64,000 nucleotides of DNA, taken from assembly GCA_963755915.1 (NCBI GenBank), contig CAVWLP010000002.1:4256001-4320000 (forward strand), in the 5' to 3' direction. The first letter of the stretch is position 1; every line of letters begins with the position of its first letter. The notes under the pieces are model-generated. The model was given only the letters and a program-made list of their open reading frames with translations. It was not told the origin of the DNA and made no database searches. The position numbers and the translations under genes were made by a program. This DNA is from an uncultured Phycisphaerales bacterium. Lineage in GTDB: Bacteria; Planctomycetota; Phycisphaerae; Tepidisphaerales; Tepidisphaeraceae. Below, one piece after another: positions 43,622 through 53,363 of this stretch.

Positions 43622-46272
43622 TCAAAGAGCAAATTGAGTCACTCGTTTTTTTGTCCTGCGCCTTCGCCAAGCCATTCCCGCCAGCATCGCTGCCCCAATT
43701 CCCATCGTCCCCGGCTCGGGCACTTCGTCCAATGCCAGCGTCCATTGCGACGCAATCGCCGGCGACAATTGCGCCGCCTGCGCTGACGTCAGCGGCTGGT
43801 CAAAATTCTCCGCCACCGCGACTAAATCCGCAAAATCCACCAAGCCGGTCGGATCATTCGTAAAATTCCCCTCCGCCCAGTCGTTGCCGGTGGTTTGCCA
43901 ATGCTGGGCGACGATCAGAAGATCGTTGAATCCGACCACTCCCTGCAAATCGGCATCGCCGAGAAGGGCATACTTGACGACAATCTGATCTGGGCCCGCC
44001 GGCGTTCCCGTGTCTGTGCTCCCATCTGCATATCCGATTCCGAAATGCGTTGGGTCGGCCATCGCGGCGCTGCTGGTGATCCCGGTGCCGTTCCAAGTGC
44101 CGCCGTTAAATCCGGAGATCAGCGCTTCCCGGATCGAAGCGATTGGAGATTGCCCGGCGGCATAGTTAATGACGAGCGTATTGGCCCCCACATCCAGCGT
44201 GCCGCCGGTAAGCGCCAGATCGTTCACGCTGAGTACCGTTTGCGACCCGGTTGCCAGCGACGCCTTCGCATTCGCCGGCAATTGCAGCGTATTGACGTTT
44301 GCCGAACTGGCGAAGGCTACGCTGGCGTTTGACCCGATATTGATGATCGACTGGTAAACCACATTCCCGCCGCCCGTCTGGACGATCGACATTCCCGAAT
44401 CGATCGTAATCGGATTGGCGATGATCAACTGTGCCCCCGTTGAAACATTGATCGTGGTATTGCTGGCGATGGTCATCGGCAGATTGATCTCCTGTGTCCC
44501 CGCCTGCACGATGATTTGCGCCGAGCCGGTGCTGGCCTGAAGCGTAAGCGAGCCCGCCCCGGTGATCTGATAGGTATTGGCATTATTGAAATTTAAGGTT
44601 CCGAGCGTCACCGGCGTGTCCGTATAAACCGTCGTTGACTGGGAGACTGCCCCAAAGAAATCCGCCTCGGCGCCTGCGGCGTTGGGGGCCGCGCCGCGGA
44701 GCCAGTTGTTTTCTTCGTTCCAATCGCCCGAGGCGTTTAAACCCCACTGCGGCGCCGGTGGCGGACCGGCGATGACAACCTCATACATCCCGGATGCGTC
44801 CGAATTCAGCGTCTGCGTGAATGTTCCCTCCCAGTTTCCAAGATCTGCGCCCGTCCATAGGTTTTTTACGTCATAGGCCGTTGTTGCGGAAAGACCGAGG
44901 CTGGCAAAGCTTACGCTCACCGACCCTGATGACGAGCCGGTGTTAAAGAGCGCCACATAATCGCTCGCGGAATTCGGGACCGCGGCTTCCCAGACGACTT
45001 GATTGTTGGCATTGGAAACCTGGTGATTCCCCAGGCTCGACTGATCTACCGCGAGTATCGCGCTGTTCGTTAGCAGTGAGGTCGTGAACGAATCGCTGGC
45101 CAGGCTGGGTAGATCTCCCCCCATAATCAGCGGCGAGCGGATGATCGACCAGAGGGTCATCACCGTCTGCTGCTGGTCCTGAGTCAGATCGCTGGAGCGC
45201 GCCGTCCCTACCGGTGGATTCAGAAAACTCCCCAGAGGCAGCATGTCGGCATCCGGCCAGTTGCCTGAGCCGGTGTTCGGATTGATCCCCTCATATTGCT
45301 CCCAGCTCGCCGCGGCCGCAAAGGCTGAGCTCACGTCGCTCCAGTTGTCCCACATGTCGTTCAGCATGCGCCACATGTTGGCGTCCTGTGTGAGTTGGCT
45401 TGCCTCGCTGAGCGGAGCCGGGCCGGGCGAGAGGCTGAGAACCATTGGCCGGCCTGACTGCGCAATGGCTTCCGCAACCCCGGCGACGTCCGCCGAGTGG
45501 TAGGTGGTGCTGAGCATGTCGTCGACTTTTACATAATCCACGCCCCAACTTGCGTACTGGTCGAAGATGGCGTCGTAATAATCCTGCGCACCCTGCGTGA
45601 GCTGTCCATTCGACCCGACATCAAGCCCCTGCATCTGGTTGAGCCACGGCGCTCCGGTGCCATTGCCTGCGGCAATTTCATCGGCCGTTACCGTGCCATT
45701 TGTTCCGGCGACCGGATCGTTGGCAAAGACCGCCTGCTGCGGAATTCCGCGCATGACGTGAATCCCAAAATCCAGGCCCAGGCTATGGCAATAGGCCGCC
45801 AGGTAGGCCATCCCATTGGTGTAATCCACGCCGTCCACGGTCCCGCCCGGAAACCGAGTCGGATCAGGCTCCAGCTCCCCGTTGGAATTCATCTCCAGCG
45901 GCGGGCTTGCCGTCGTCACGCCATGCTTCGTGGTAAACGCCTGCTGAAGATATCCCGATCCCGTTGTCCCCGACCCAAACGCCCCCTGCTGCGCCTGGGT
46001 CCAGGACCAGTCGTAATCGACGATGATGTATTTGTATCCGTACTGCGCGAGGTTCGCCGCCATGTAGTTGGCTTCCGACACCACTTCCGACTGCGTCACA
46101 AACGCGCCGTAAGAATCGTAACTGTCCCAGCCCATCGGCGGCGTCAGCGCTACCTGCGCCGCGCACCCGTCCCAAAAACCAACGAGAAAACCGCCGCGGT
46201 TAATAAACGCTTGCGCGGACCTGGAGAACCCGCCCCGCCTTTACCAGAAAAAATTCGAGCATCCAAAAACAT
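43622..46272 (-). CDS. GH27 catalytic domain fused to stalk, divergent dockerin-like module and PEP-CTERM; frameshift at ~46160 at the end of the signal peptide
   Basis: LTPPMGWDSYD, FGIHVMRGIP, DYVKVDD, ANMWR, WPDADMLPLG; VPEP...RRRR. ATG 46272 gives MFLDAR...RKRLLTAAVFSLVFG. Confidence 0.85.
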
Positions 46273-46293
46273 AACGAGACACTCGCACTGCCA

Positions 46294-47706
46294 TTATTCG
46301 GCGGAAAGCCGGAAGAGCCCCGCCCCGTGAAACCGAATCCCCGGCGCAAACTCGCCGTGAAATTCCCCCAGATCGCTATGCTTCCAAAGATCCCGCACGC
46401 GCACGCCGCCGCTGAATCCCAGATCGCTGAACTGCACCGGAACCTTCGCATCCGGCGGATCAACTGCCGCCACGACCGGATCCTGCGCGTTGAAGACCGC
46501 CAGATATTTATCCCGCGACCCCGGCACATCCGCCACCCAGGCGATCAGATCATCATGCCGAAACACCTGCCTCCCCGGCGTATCCCTCTGATCCACCGCA
46601 ATGACTTCATCATTGGTAATCAGCGATAGCGTAAACGCATCATTCTGCGGCAAGTTCCCCCCAAACATCAGCGGCGACCGGCAGATCGCCCACAGCGTCA
46701 TCACCGTATACTGCTCATCCGGCGTAAACTCCGTATGCCCCTGCCGGGGGGAACGAATCGCCCCCAGCGGGAGCATATCCGCATCCGGATAATGCCCCAC
46801 GCCGCAATACGGCACCCAATTCGCGCAGCGCTGAAATTGCTCCTTCAGCGGCGGCCAACGATCCCAGAAATCATCCGAAATCCGCCAGAGATTCGCATGC
46901 GTCGCAATATGCGCCCCGTCCGACAGCGGCGTCGCCCCTGGGGAGGTGCTGAAAACCATTGGCCGTCCGGAATGATCGATGGCGTTGCGAATCGCCTCGA
47001 TCTCCCCCGTGTGGTAGGGCCGGCTCAAATCGTCCACCTTCACAAAATCCACGCCCCACTGCGCATACTGCGCAAACAGCGAATCGTAATACGCCTGCGC
47101 CCCCGGCTTGGACGTATCGACTCCGTACATATCCGGATTCCACGGGCAAGTGCTGTTGATATTCGCGATATCCCGCGCACGAAGCGAGGTCCCCATCACC
47201 GGCGTATTCAGCTCCACCGCCTGCCGCGGAATCCCCCGCAACATGTGAATCCCAAACTTCAGCCCCAGCGAATGAACATAATCCGCCAGACCCTTGAACC
47301 CATTCCCGTTCCCCGCCGATGAAAACCGATTAGCCGCCGGCAGCAGCCTTCCATATCCGTCCATCTGCAGCCGCGCATTGGGGCGATAATCCCACCCATT
47401 CGCCAGCGGCTCATACCACTGAATGTCCACCACAATGTATTGCCATCCATGCTGCTTCAGATTCTGAGCCATGTAATCCGCATTGGCCCGCACCTGCGGC
47501 TCAGTCACCGCCGCCCCAAAACAGTCCCAGCTATTCCACCCCATCGGCGGTGTGGTTGCCCATTGATAAAACTGCGGTGAATCAGTCGCCATTTGATCGC
47601 CTGCCATAGCAGAATCAGTCAGAGCCTGGCAACAAATCAGCCCTACAGCCAGCGCCGCAAGGCATCGGCGAAAGTTTACCGGAAAACCCTCAAACGACTT
47701 AGGCAT
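46294..47706 (-). CDS. Secreted GH27, resembling beta-L-arabinopyranosidases of the Geobacillus Abp type
   Basis: TPPMGWNSWDCFG, IVVDIQWYEP, MDGYGRLLPA.NRF, CPWNPDMYG, GVDFVKVDD, PDADMLPLG. Confidence 0.88.
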   Translation of the reverse strand: MPKSFEGFPVNFRRCLAALAVGLICCQALTDSAMAGDQMATDSPQFYQWATTPPMGWNSWDCFGAAVTEPQVRANADYMAQNLKQHGWQYIVVDIQWYEPLANGWDYRPNARLQMDGYGRLLPAANRFSSAGNGNGFKGLADYVHSLGLKFGIHMLRGIPRQAVELNTPVMGTSLRARDIANINSTCPWNPDMYGVDTSKPGAQAYYDSLFAQYAQWGVDFVKVDDLSRPYHTGEIEAIRNAIDHSGRPMVFSTSPGATPLSDGAHIATHANLWRISDDFWDRWPPLKEQFQRCANWVPYCGVGHYPDADMLPLGAIRSPRQGHTEFTPDEQYTVMTLWAICRSPLMFGGNLPQNDAFTLSLITNDEVIAVDQRDTPGRQVFRHDDLIAWVADVPGSRDKYLAVFNAQDPVVAAVDPPDAKVPVQFSDLGFSGGVRVRDLWKHSDLGEFHGEFAPGIRFHGAGLFRLSAE

Positions 47707-47731
47707 GATTTAAATCATTCCAGCCTATTGG

Positions 47732-48796
47732 CTACTGCTTTGGAAGCGGTGCAGGCGGGCTAATCCCAACCGCCGACATCGGGCTCCATTGCAGCCCCCA
47801 AAGGTCCGGCAGATTCACCGTCTCTGCATGACCATCGAAGAACACCACATTGATCGCACGGCCGTGGCGCGCAAAACAGAATCTCGTCATCATTGAAAAG
47901 TTTGCCGACACGGAGGCGTTGTTCTTAAAGGAAACAGGCGTTTCCGAGCCATCCAACACGCTGGGCGGATAATCAGTACAAGGTTGCAGTTGGAAACTTG
48001 GATTCGTACCGAAGTTGCACGGCCACCCCTCGTGCCAAGTGGAATCCGTGAAGACAGGAACACGTGACGCGTTCATCACCCGCTTGGGGTTGTGAAAAAA
48101 GTTGAACCATGTGGTAAGCGTCTTCGCCGTGCTCCCGTTATATGGCCCCTTATATTGCAGACCACTCCAATAGATCGGCGCGGGATAACCGCCGACAATC
48201 GGCGCGTGCACCGCATCATAAAGCCATCCGTTCATTCCATAGCTGCTGGCCATGTACACGACATCGTCAAACGTGCCGGGCCCCCAAGGAACATTCTCCA
48301 TGCCGAAGTATCCGCCCTGCGGATTGACTCCATATTGGGTAATTGCAAAAGCAGGCGCCGGGGTAATATTGCCGTACGGGGCTTCCGGGCAAAACCAAAC
48401 CTGCGGCAGTCTCGGCAAAAATCCAACCTGATCCGACCATTTCGCTGCGCTGAAGACCGGAAGCCCGCTGCTCGGGTCGTACGGATTAACGAATCCCTGC
48501 AGATATTTCCCAATCCTTACCATCCAATAGACAGGCTCAGTTGAATTCGGCAATGTTGGGTTGTAGCCGTCATTAATGGTCGGCTCCTCGTATCCATTCT
48601 CCTGCAGATACATCTGGTGAGCCTGCCCCAATTGCCGCAGATTCGACAGGCACTCCAGCGTATTGGCCTGCTTCCGCGCCTTTTGAAGCGCGGGGAGCAG
48701 GATGCCGATCAAAATCGCTATAATCCCAATCACCACAAGCAGTTCCACGAGCGTAAACCCCCGCCCGTGTGTCAACCTATCTCTTTTCGCTCTCAC
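47732..48796 (-). CDS. DUF1559-type prepilin protein
   Basis: gaggag RBS + GTG 48796 (ATG 48856 is an alternative); [36 protein letters not shown]. Confidence 0.9.
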   Translation of the reverse strand: MRAKRDRLTHGRGFTLVELLVVIGIIAILIGILLPALQKARKQANTLECLSNLRQLGQAHQMYLQENGYEEPTINDGYNPTLPNSTEPVYWMVRIGKYLQGFVNPYDPSSGLPVFSAAKWSDQVGFLPRLPQVWFCPEAPYGNITPAPAFAITQYGVNPQGGYFGMENVPWGPGTFDDVVYMASSYGMNGWLYDAVHAPIVGGYPAPIYWSGLQYKGPYNGSTAKTLTTWFNFFHNPKRVMNASRVPVFTDSTWHEGWPCNFGTNPSFQLQPCTDYPPSVLDGSETPVSFKNNASVSANFSMMTRFCFARHGRAINVVFFDGHAETVNLPDLWGLQWSPMSAVGISPPAPLPKQ

Positions 48797-48902
48797 GCCG
48801 ACGTCTCCTCGTTGCCGAATGGAATGAACGCTGCTCCGTCGCTGAACGCTGGGCATTGTTGGCTCTCCAGAGGCGGCGCGATTTGGCCTCCGCCGAATGG
48901 CA

Positions 48903-48928
48903 ACGGTTCCCGGCTGGGAAATTGGACA
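48903..48928 (-). promoter_or_regulatory. Putative ECF-dependent promoter of the DUF1559-GH27-GH27 operon
   Basis: TGTCCAATT-N13-CCGT on the minus strand. Confidence 0.72.
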
Positions 48929-48999
48929 TGCTTTTCGCGGATTTCCTTGCTCCCAGCGGACTTGAGCGGGCTCGTCTTCCTTCAATTTCTATGAAAATC

Positions 49000-49025
49000 T
49001 GTCCAATTCCGATTCCCCCTGCCGT
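49000..49025 (+). promoter_or_regulatory. Putative autoregulatory ECF promoter
   Basis: TGTCCAATT-N13-CCGT, about 50 nt before the sigma start. Confidence 0.72.
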
Positions 49026-49076
49026 AATCAGCTGCCGCCGGACCCTTTGCTATGCCCGCGCGGCAAGGGAACCGTG

Positions 49077-49628
49077 ATGGATCAGTCAATGGACCCCCAA
49101 GCGAATGACCCGCAGGCAAGGGCGGACGAATTCATTCAGCTATTCACGGCCAATGAATCCAGTTTGCGGGCTTATGTCCTCTCCCTGGTCCCCCGCTGGA
49201 CGGATGCCGAGGAAATTGTCCAGCAGTGCAGCGTCGTTCTATGGAAAAAATTCTCCCAATTCCGGACTGGCACCAATTTCTTCGCCTGGGCCTGCCAGGT
49301 CGCCCGGCTGGAAGTAAAGGACTACCGCCGCCGGCAAAAACGCGACCGAGTCGTCTTCAGCGACGAGTTCATCGAAGCGATCGCCGACGACGCCCTGGCA
49401 AGCCAGTCCGAACTGCTGGTTCGCCTCGGCGCCCTTCAGCATTGCGTGGAGAAGCTCTCGCGGGATCAGCGCGAGCTGCTTCGCCTCCGATACAACGACA
49501 GCGGGTCGATCGACTCCGTCGCTGCGGCCGTCAATCGTTCCGTCGACGCCGTCTACAAGAGCCTCAGCCGCATTCGCCAGGCCCTGCACGATTGCATCAA
49601 CCGGACCCTGGCAGTTGGAGATATTTGA
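49077..49628 (+). CDS. ECF sigma-70 factor (Rhodopirellula/Verrucomicrobium-type)
   Basis: LRAYVLSLV...DAEEIVQ...LWKKF..F..GTNFFAWA; YKSLSRIRQALHDCI. Confidence 0.92.
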   Translation: MDQSMDPQANDPQARADEFIQLFTANESSLRAYVLSLVPRWTDAEEIVQQCSVVLWKKFSQFRTGTNFFAWACQVARLEVKDYRRRQKRDRVVFSDEFIEAIADDALASQSELLVRLGALQHCVEKLSRDQRELLRLRYNDSGSIDSVAAAVNRSVDAVYKSLSRIRQALHDCINRTLAVGDI

Positions 49629-49641
49629 GCAAAGGTCATCG

Positions 49642-51351
49642 GTGAGCAACGAGAATCCCCAACAATCTTCATCGCCAACTCCTCCCCCCGACGAAATCGC
49701 CGCCGCGACGCAGTTGATTCTCGCGCTCTGCGACGAGCCGCCACCCCCGACCAGATCGCCGAGTTGGAGCGCCTCATCCGCCAAAACCCTGCCGTCCGCA
49801 AGCTCTACTTCCGGATGATGCAGCTTCACGCCGGCCTGCATTTCTACGGCTCCGCCCTGGGCATCAAGGACCCCGGCGACGATTCCGGATCCGATCCCGG
49901 ATTTGGCTCGCGCGCCCGAGATTTCCAGAAGCAGGTACTCTCTTCAATTCGTTCCACAATGGGAGTCTCAGGGACCCCCTCCGGCGCAACCTGGCGACGA
50001 CCAACCTTCAAATTTCGGCAGGCCGGTTAACTTCGTCTGGCGAATAGGCCTGGCGCTGGCGGCAATCCTCCTCCTTGCCCTGGCCCTCTCCAAGCCCTGG
50101 TCGTGGCGCAATGCCCAGCAGGGTGCCGGCGCAGGCAATTCGAGCCAGCCCGGCCTTGCCGATCTTAACTCCGCCAGCGTCACCGCCGTCGCCGGCTCCG
50201 GCTCCATCTTTCAATCCGGACAGAAACTTCCCACCGGCCAACTCTTTGAGCTTGAGCACCAGGACATCCAGTTCGAGCTCGCCGGTGGTGGACGCGTTAC
50301 CATCGCCGCCCCCTCCCAGTTCAAGCTCGATTCCGGATCGGAGCTGTTCCTCACCCGTGGCAACGTCGAATCGCGCATCCCCGGCGGCGGCTTCGTCGTT
50401 CGCACCCCCACCGCTGTCATCACCGACCTCGGCACCGAATTCGGCGTCTCCGTCGCCAGCTCCGGCGCGACTCACGTTGACGTATTCGAAGGGAAAGTCG
50501 CGGTAACCCCCGCGAACCCATCGCCAAATTCCCCCGCCGGCCTCCTTCTCTCCGCCGGCCAGGCCGCCTCCGTATCCGCCACAACCATCGCCATGGATCC
50601 CGCCGGCGCAATCGCCCAACGCTTCGTCTCACAACTTAACAGCTCCCTCGATTCCCTCGACCTCGCCGACCTCGTCTCCGGCGGCGACGGCTCCACCCAC
50701 CGCCGCGGCAACGCTATCGACGCCCTCACCGGCCAAACGGGCGTCCTCAAAGTCGTCGGCGCTCGTGACGGCGACTACAAATACCATCGCGTCGCCACCC
50801 TCCCCGTCATCGACGGCGCCTTCGTCCCCGATGGACAGCGCGGCCCCAGTCAGATCGACTCCCTCGGCGACCGCTTCCAGTTCCCGAGCACCTCCAATCT
50901 CAGCTTTAACCGCATCTGGACCGGTGGCCCAATTCCCTGGACCAGCGAGCGCGGAATCTCCAGCGTCCTGGGCGACATCGACTACTCCACCCCCGAACAC
51001 TCGATCCTCTGCATTCACAGCAACAACGCCCTCACTCTCGACCTTGCCGCCATTGGCCGCCTCTACCCCGACCGCAAAATCTCCGCATTCCAATGCACCA
51101 TCGGCAACAGCTACGTCAACGGAAGCTCCGACGAAACCGGCGTAAATCCCCGCGCCGATGTATTTGTCATCGTCGACGGCTCCGCGCGATTTGAAAAACA
51201 GCGTTTCATCAACCAGGACGGACCCTTTAAGGTCGATGTCTCCCTCAACCAGGGGGACCGATTCCTCACCCTTGCCACCACCGACGGCGGCGACACAATC
51301 AACGACGACTGGATCCTCTGGGTTGATACGACGCTTCGAATCTCGCCATAG
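49642..51351 (+). CDS. FecR-type anti-sigma factor with C-terminal NPCBM-like domain; frameshifts at ~49738 and ~49912
   Basis: LERLIRQNPAVRKLY anti-sigma helix; one transmembrane helix; FVVRTPTAVITDLGTEFGV, VDVFEGKV; IHSN..LTLDL, RFLTLATTDGGD..NDDW. Confidence 0.8.
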
Positions 51352-51450
51352 CGGCCGCGTGTGCCGTCAGATGAGACGTCTGGGCGAATTGTTTAGTTGA
51401 ATTGTCACAGCCGCCCTTTTGCAGGCGGCCATATCTTCAGGAGGTGTATT

Positions 51451-53265
51451 ATGGGAGCGGGACGAACGAGGTCCATCATCATGCTGGCTTGCGCAGGCGT
51501 GGCCGGAATTACCCTCAAGGCCCACGCGCAAAACACAGTCGAAAATCCAAACTTCCTGACCCCCAGCACGGGCGGCTACATCGACGACAGCAACGCCGAA
51601 ATCAACACTCCCGGCACGACAAATTTCTGGGACTGGGGCTACTATTTCGGCCAGACCGGCACCGCCGACAAAGACGCCGGCGTCCAGGCCAATACCAACG
51701 CCCAGCTTACCAATCCCCCCAGCGGTTCCAGCCAGAGCGGCTGGGTGAACGGCGCGGATGACTATCTCTATCAGGACGTGGGCGCCCTCGCCGCCAACAC
51801 CACCTACGACCTCACCGTCTCCGTCGCCGCCCCCGGCGGAACCGCCTACGGCGGCGTCGGCGCCGGCAACAACCAGCCCACCGATCTCATCGCCCTGCTC
51901 AACGGCGACAACGTCCTCACCACCACCAACAACGTCGCCGCCAACGGAACGGTCCTCAATTCTCTGAACGTCACCCCCAACAACGGCACCTGGACAGACT
52001 ATTCCGTCAGCTACACCACCGGCTCCTCCGTGAGCGGCGACCTCACCATCCAGCTCGAGGAAACCGCCTCCGGCGCTCACGAGCAGGGCAACTTCGGCGA
52101 CGTTCGCCTGACCGTCAACGGCGTCACCCCGCCCAGCCAATGGGGCGTCAACTCCTCCGGCGACTGGAACGTCGCCTCCAACTGGACCAACAGTACCGTC
52201 CCCAACGCCGCCGGCGCTGAGGCCGACTTCTTCAGCGCCATCACTTCCAACCACACCGTCTTCACCGACGCCGCCGACACGGTCGGAACGATCAATTTCA
52301 ACAACGCCAACATGTACGAAATCACCGGCACCGGCTCCCTCACCCTGCAAGCCGCCACCGGCAACGCCCAGGTCATCGTTCAGCAGGGGTCGCAGGAAAT
52401 CAATCTCCCCACCACCGTGGCGAGCAACACCGTCTTCAACGTCTCCAGCGGCGCGACCCTCACCATCGGCAACCCGCTGACGATCGATTCCGGCGTGACC
52501 GTCACCCAAACCGGCAGCGGCAGCGTCGTCTACAACTCGATCATCAACGTCGGCAGCAGCGCCTCGATCGCCTTTGCCGATTCCACCCACGCCCACGAGC
52601 TTTCGGTTGCGTCCGGCGGCACAGCCTCCATCACCAGCCCCAGTGGCGGCGTCGTTCTCGAAGTAGACAGCCTTGCCAACTCCGGCACCGTCAACGTCGC
52701 CAACAACGAGCTGCTGATCAACTACGGGGCCAGCACCAGCCCACTTTCCACCGTCATCTCCGAGCTGAAGACCGGCTACAACAGCGGCGCCTGGAACGGA
52801 CCCGGCATCGACTCCACCTCCGCCCACGCTCACGCAGGATACGGACTCGGTTTTGCAGACGCTGCAGACCAGGGCAACCCCGCCCATCTCTCCTCCGGCA
52901 CGCTCGAAGTGAAGTACACCCTCCTCGGCGATGCTAATCTCGACGGCACCGTCAACGGCACCGACTTCTCGATCCTGGCTGCGAATTTCGGACTCGGCGC
53001 CACCAACTGGGACCAGGGAAATTTCCTATTCACGTCTTCCGTCAACGGCTCCGATTTCAGCGCCCTGGCCTCAAACTTCGGGCTCGGCGCCAGTGGCGCC
53101 GCCGATGCCGGCGTTTCGACCGCCGACATTGCCGCTCTTGACGCTTTTGCCGCGGCGAACGACTTGGCGGTGCCGGCGGTTAACTCTGTGCCGGAACCGG
53201 CATCGCTCGGCTTGCTGGCGCTGGGTACGGTCGGCATTTTGTCGCGTCGCCGACGAACGCAATAA
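51451..53265 (+). CDS. PEP-CTERM protein (CBM-like head, stalk, dockerin-like module)
   Basis: aggagg RBS; signal peptide ...KAHAQ; VENPNF head; YTLLGDANLDG; VPEPASLGLL...RRRR. Confidence 0.92.
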   Translation: MGAGRTRSIIMLACAGVAGITLKAHAQNTVENPNFLTPSTGGYIDDSNAEINTPGTTNFWDWGYYFGQTGTADKDAGVQANTNAQLTNPPSGSSQSGWVNGADDYLYQDVGALAANTTYDLTVSVAAPGGTAYGGVGAGNNQPTDLIALLNGDNVLTTTNNVAANGTVLNSLNVTPNNGTWTDYSVSYTTGSSVSGDLTIQLEETASGAHEQGNFGDVRLTVNGVTPPSQWGVNSSGDWNVASNWTNSTVPNAAGAEADFFSAITSNHTVFTDAADTVGTINFNNANMYEITGTGSLTLQAATGNAQVIVQQGSQEINLPTTVASNTVFNVSSGATLTIGNPLTIDSGVTVTQTGSGSVVYNSIINVGSSASIAFADSTHAHELSVASGGTASITSPSGGVVLEVDSLANSGTVNVANNELLINYGASTSPLSTVISELKTGYNSGAWNGPGIDSTSAHAHAGYGLGFADAADQGNPAHLSSGTLEVKYTLLGDANLDGTVNGTDFSILAANFGLGATNWDQGNFLFTSSVNGSDFSALASNFGLGASGAADAGVSTADIAALDAFAAANDLAVPAVNSVPEPASLGLLALGTVGILSRRRRTQ

Positions 53266-53363
53266 AACACCTGGATTTCGCAGTGTGACATGCCCCGGAA
53301 CGGCTTTTATTCAGACTGAAAAAAAAGCGCTCCGATTCGCACGTGGCATGATACAATGGCACC

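Noticed and set aside
27580-47701. Shared taagtcgttt 10-mer at 27580 and its reverse complement at 47692
   Set aside because: The second copy lies in probable coding sequence, and two copies are compatible with chance.
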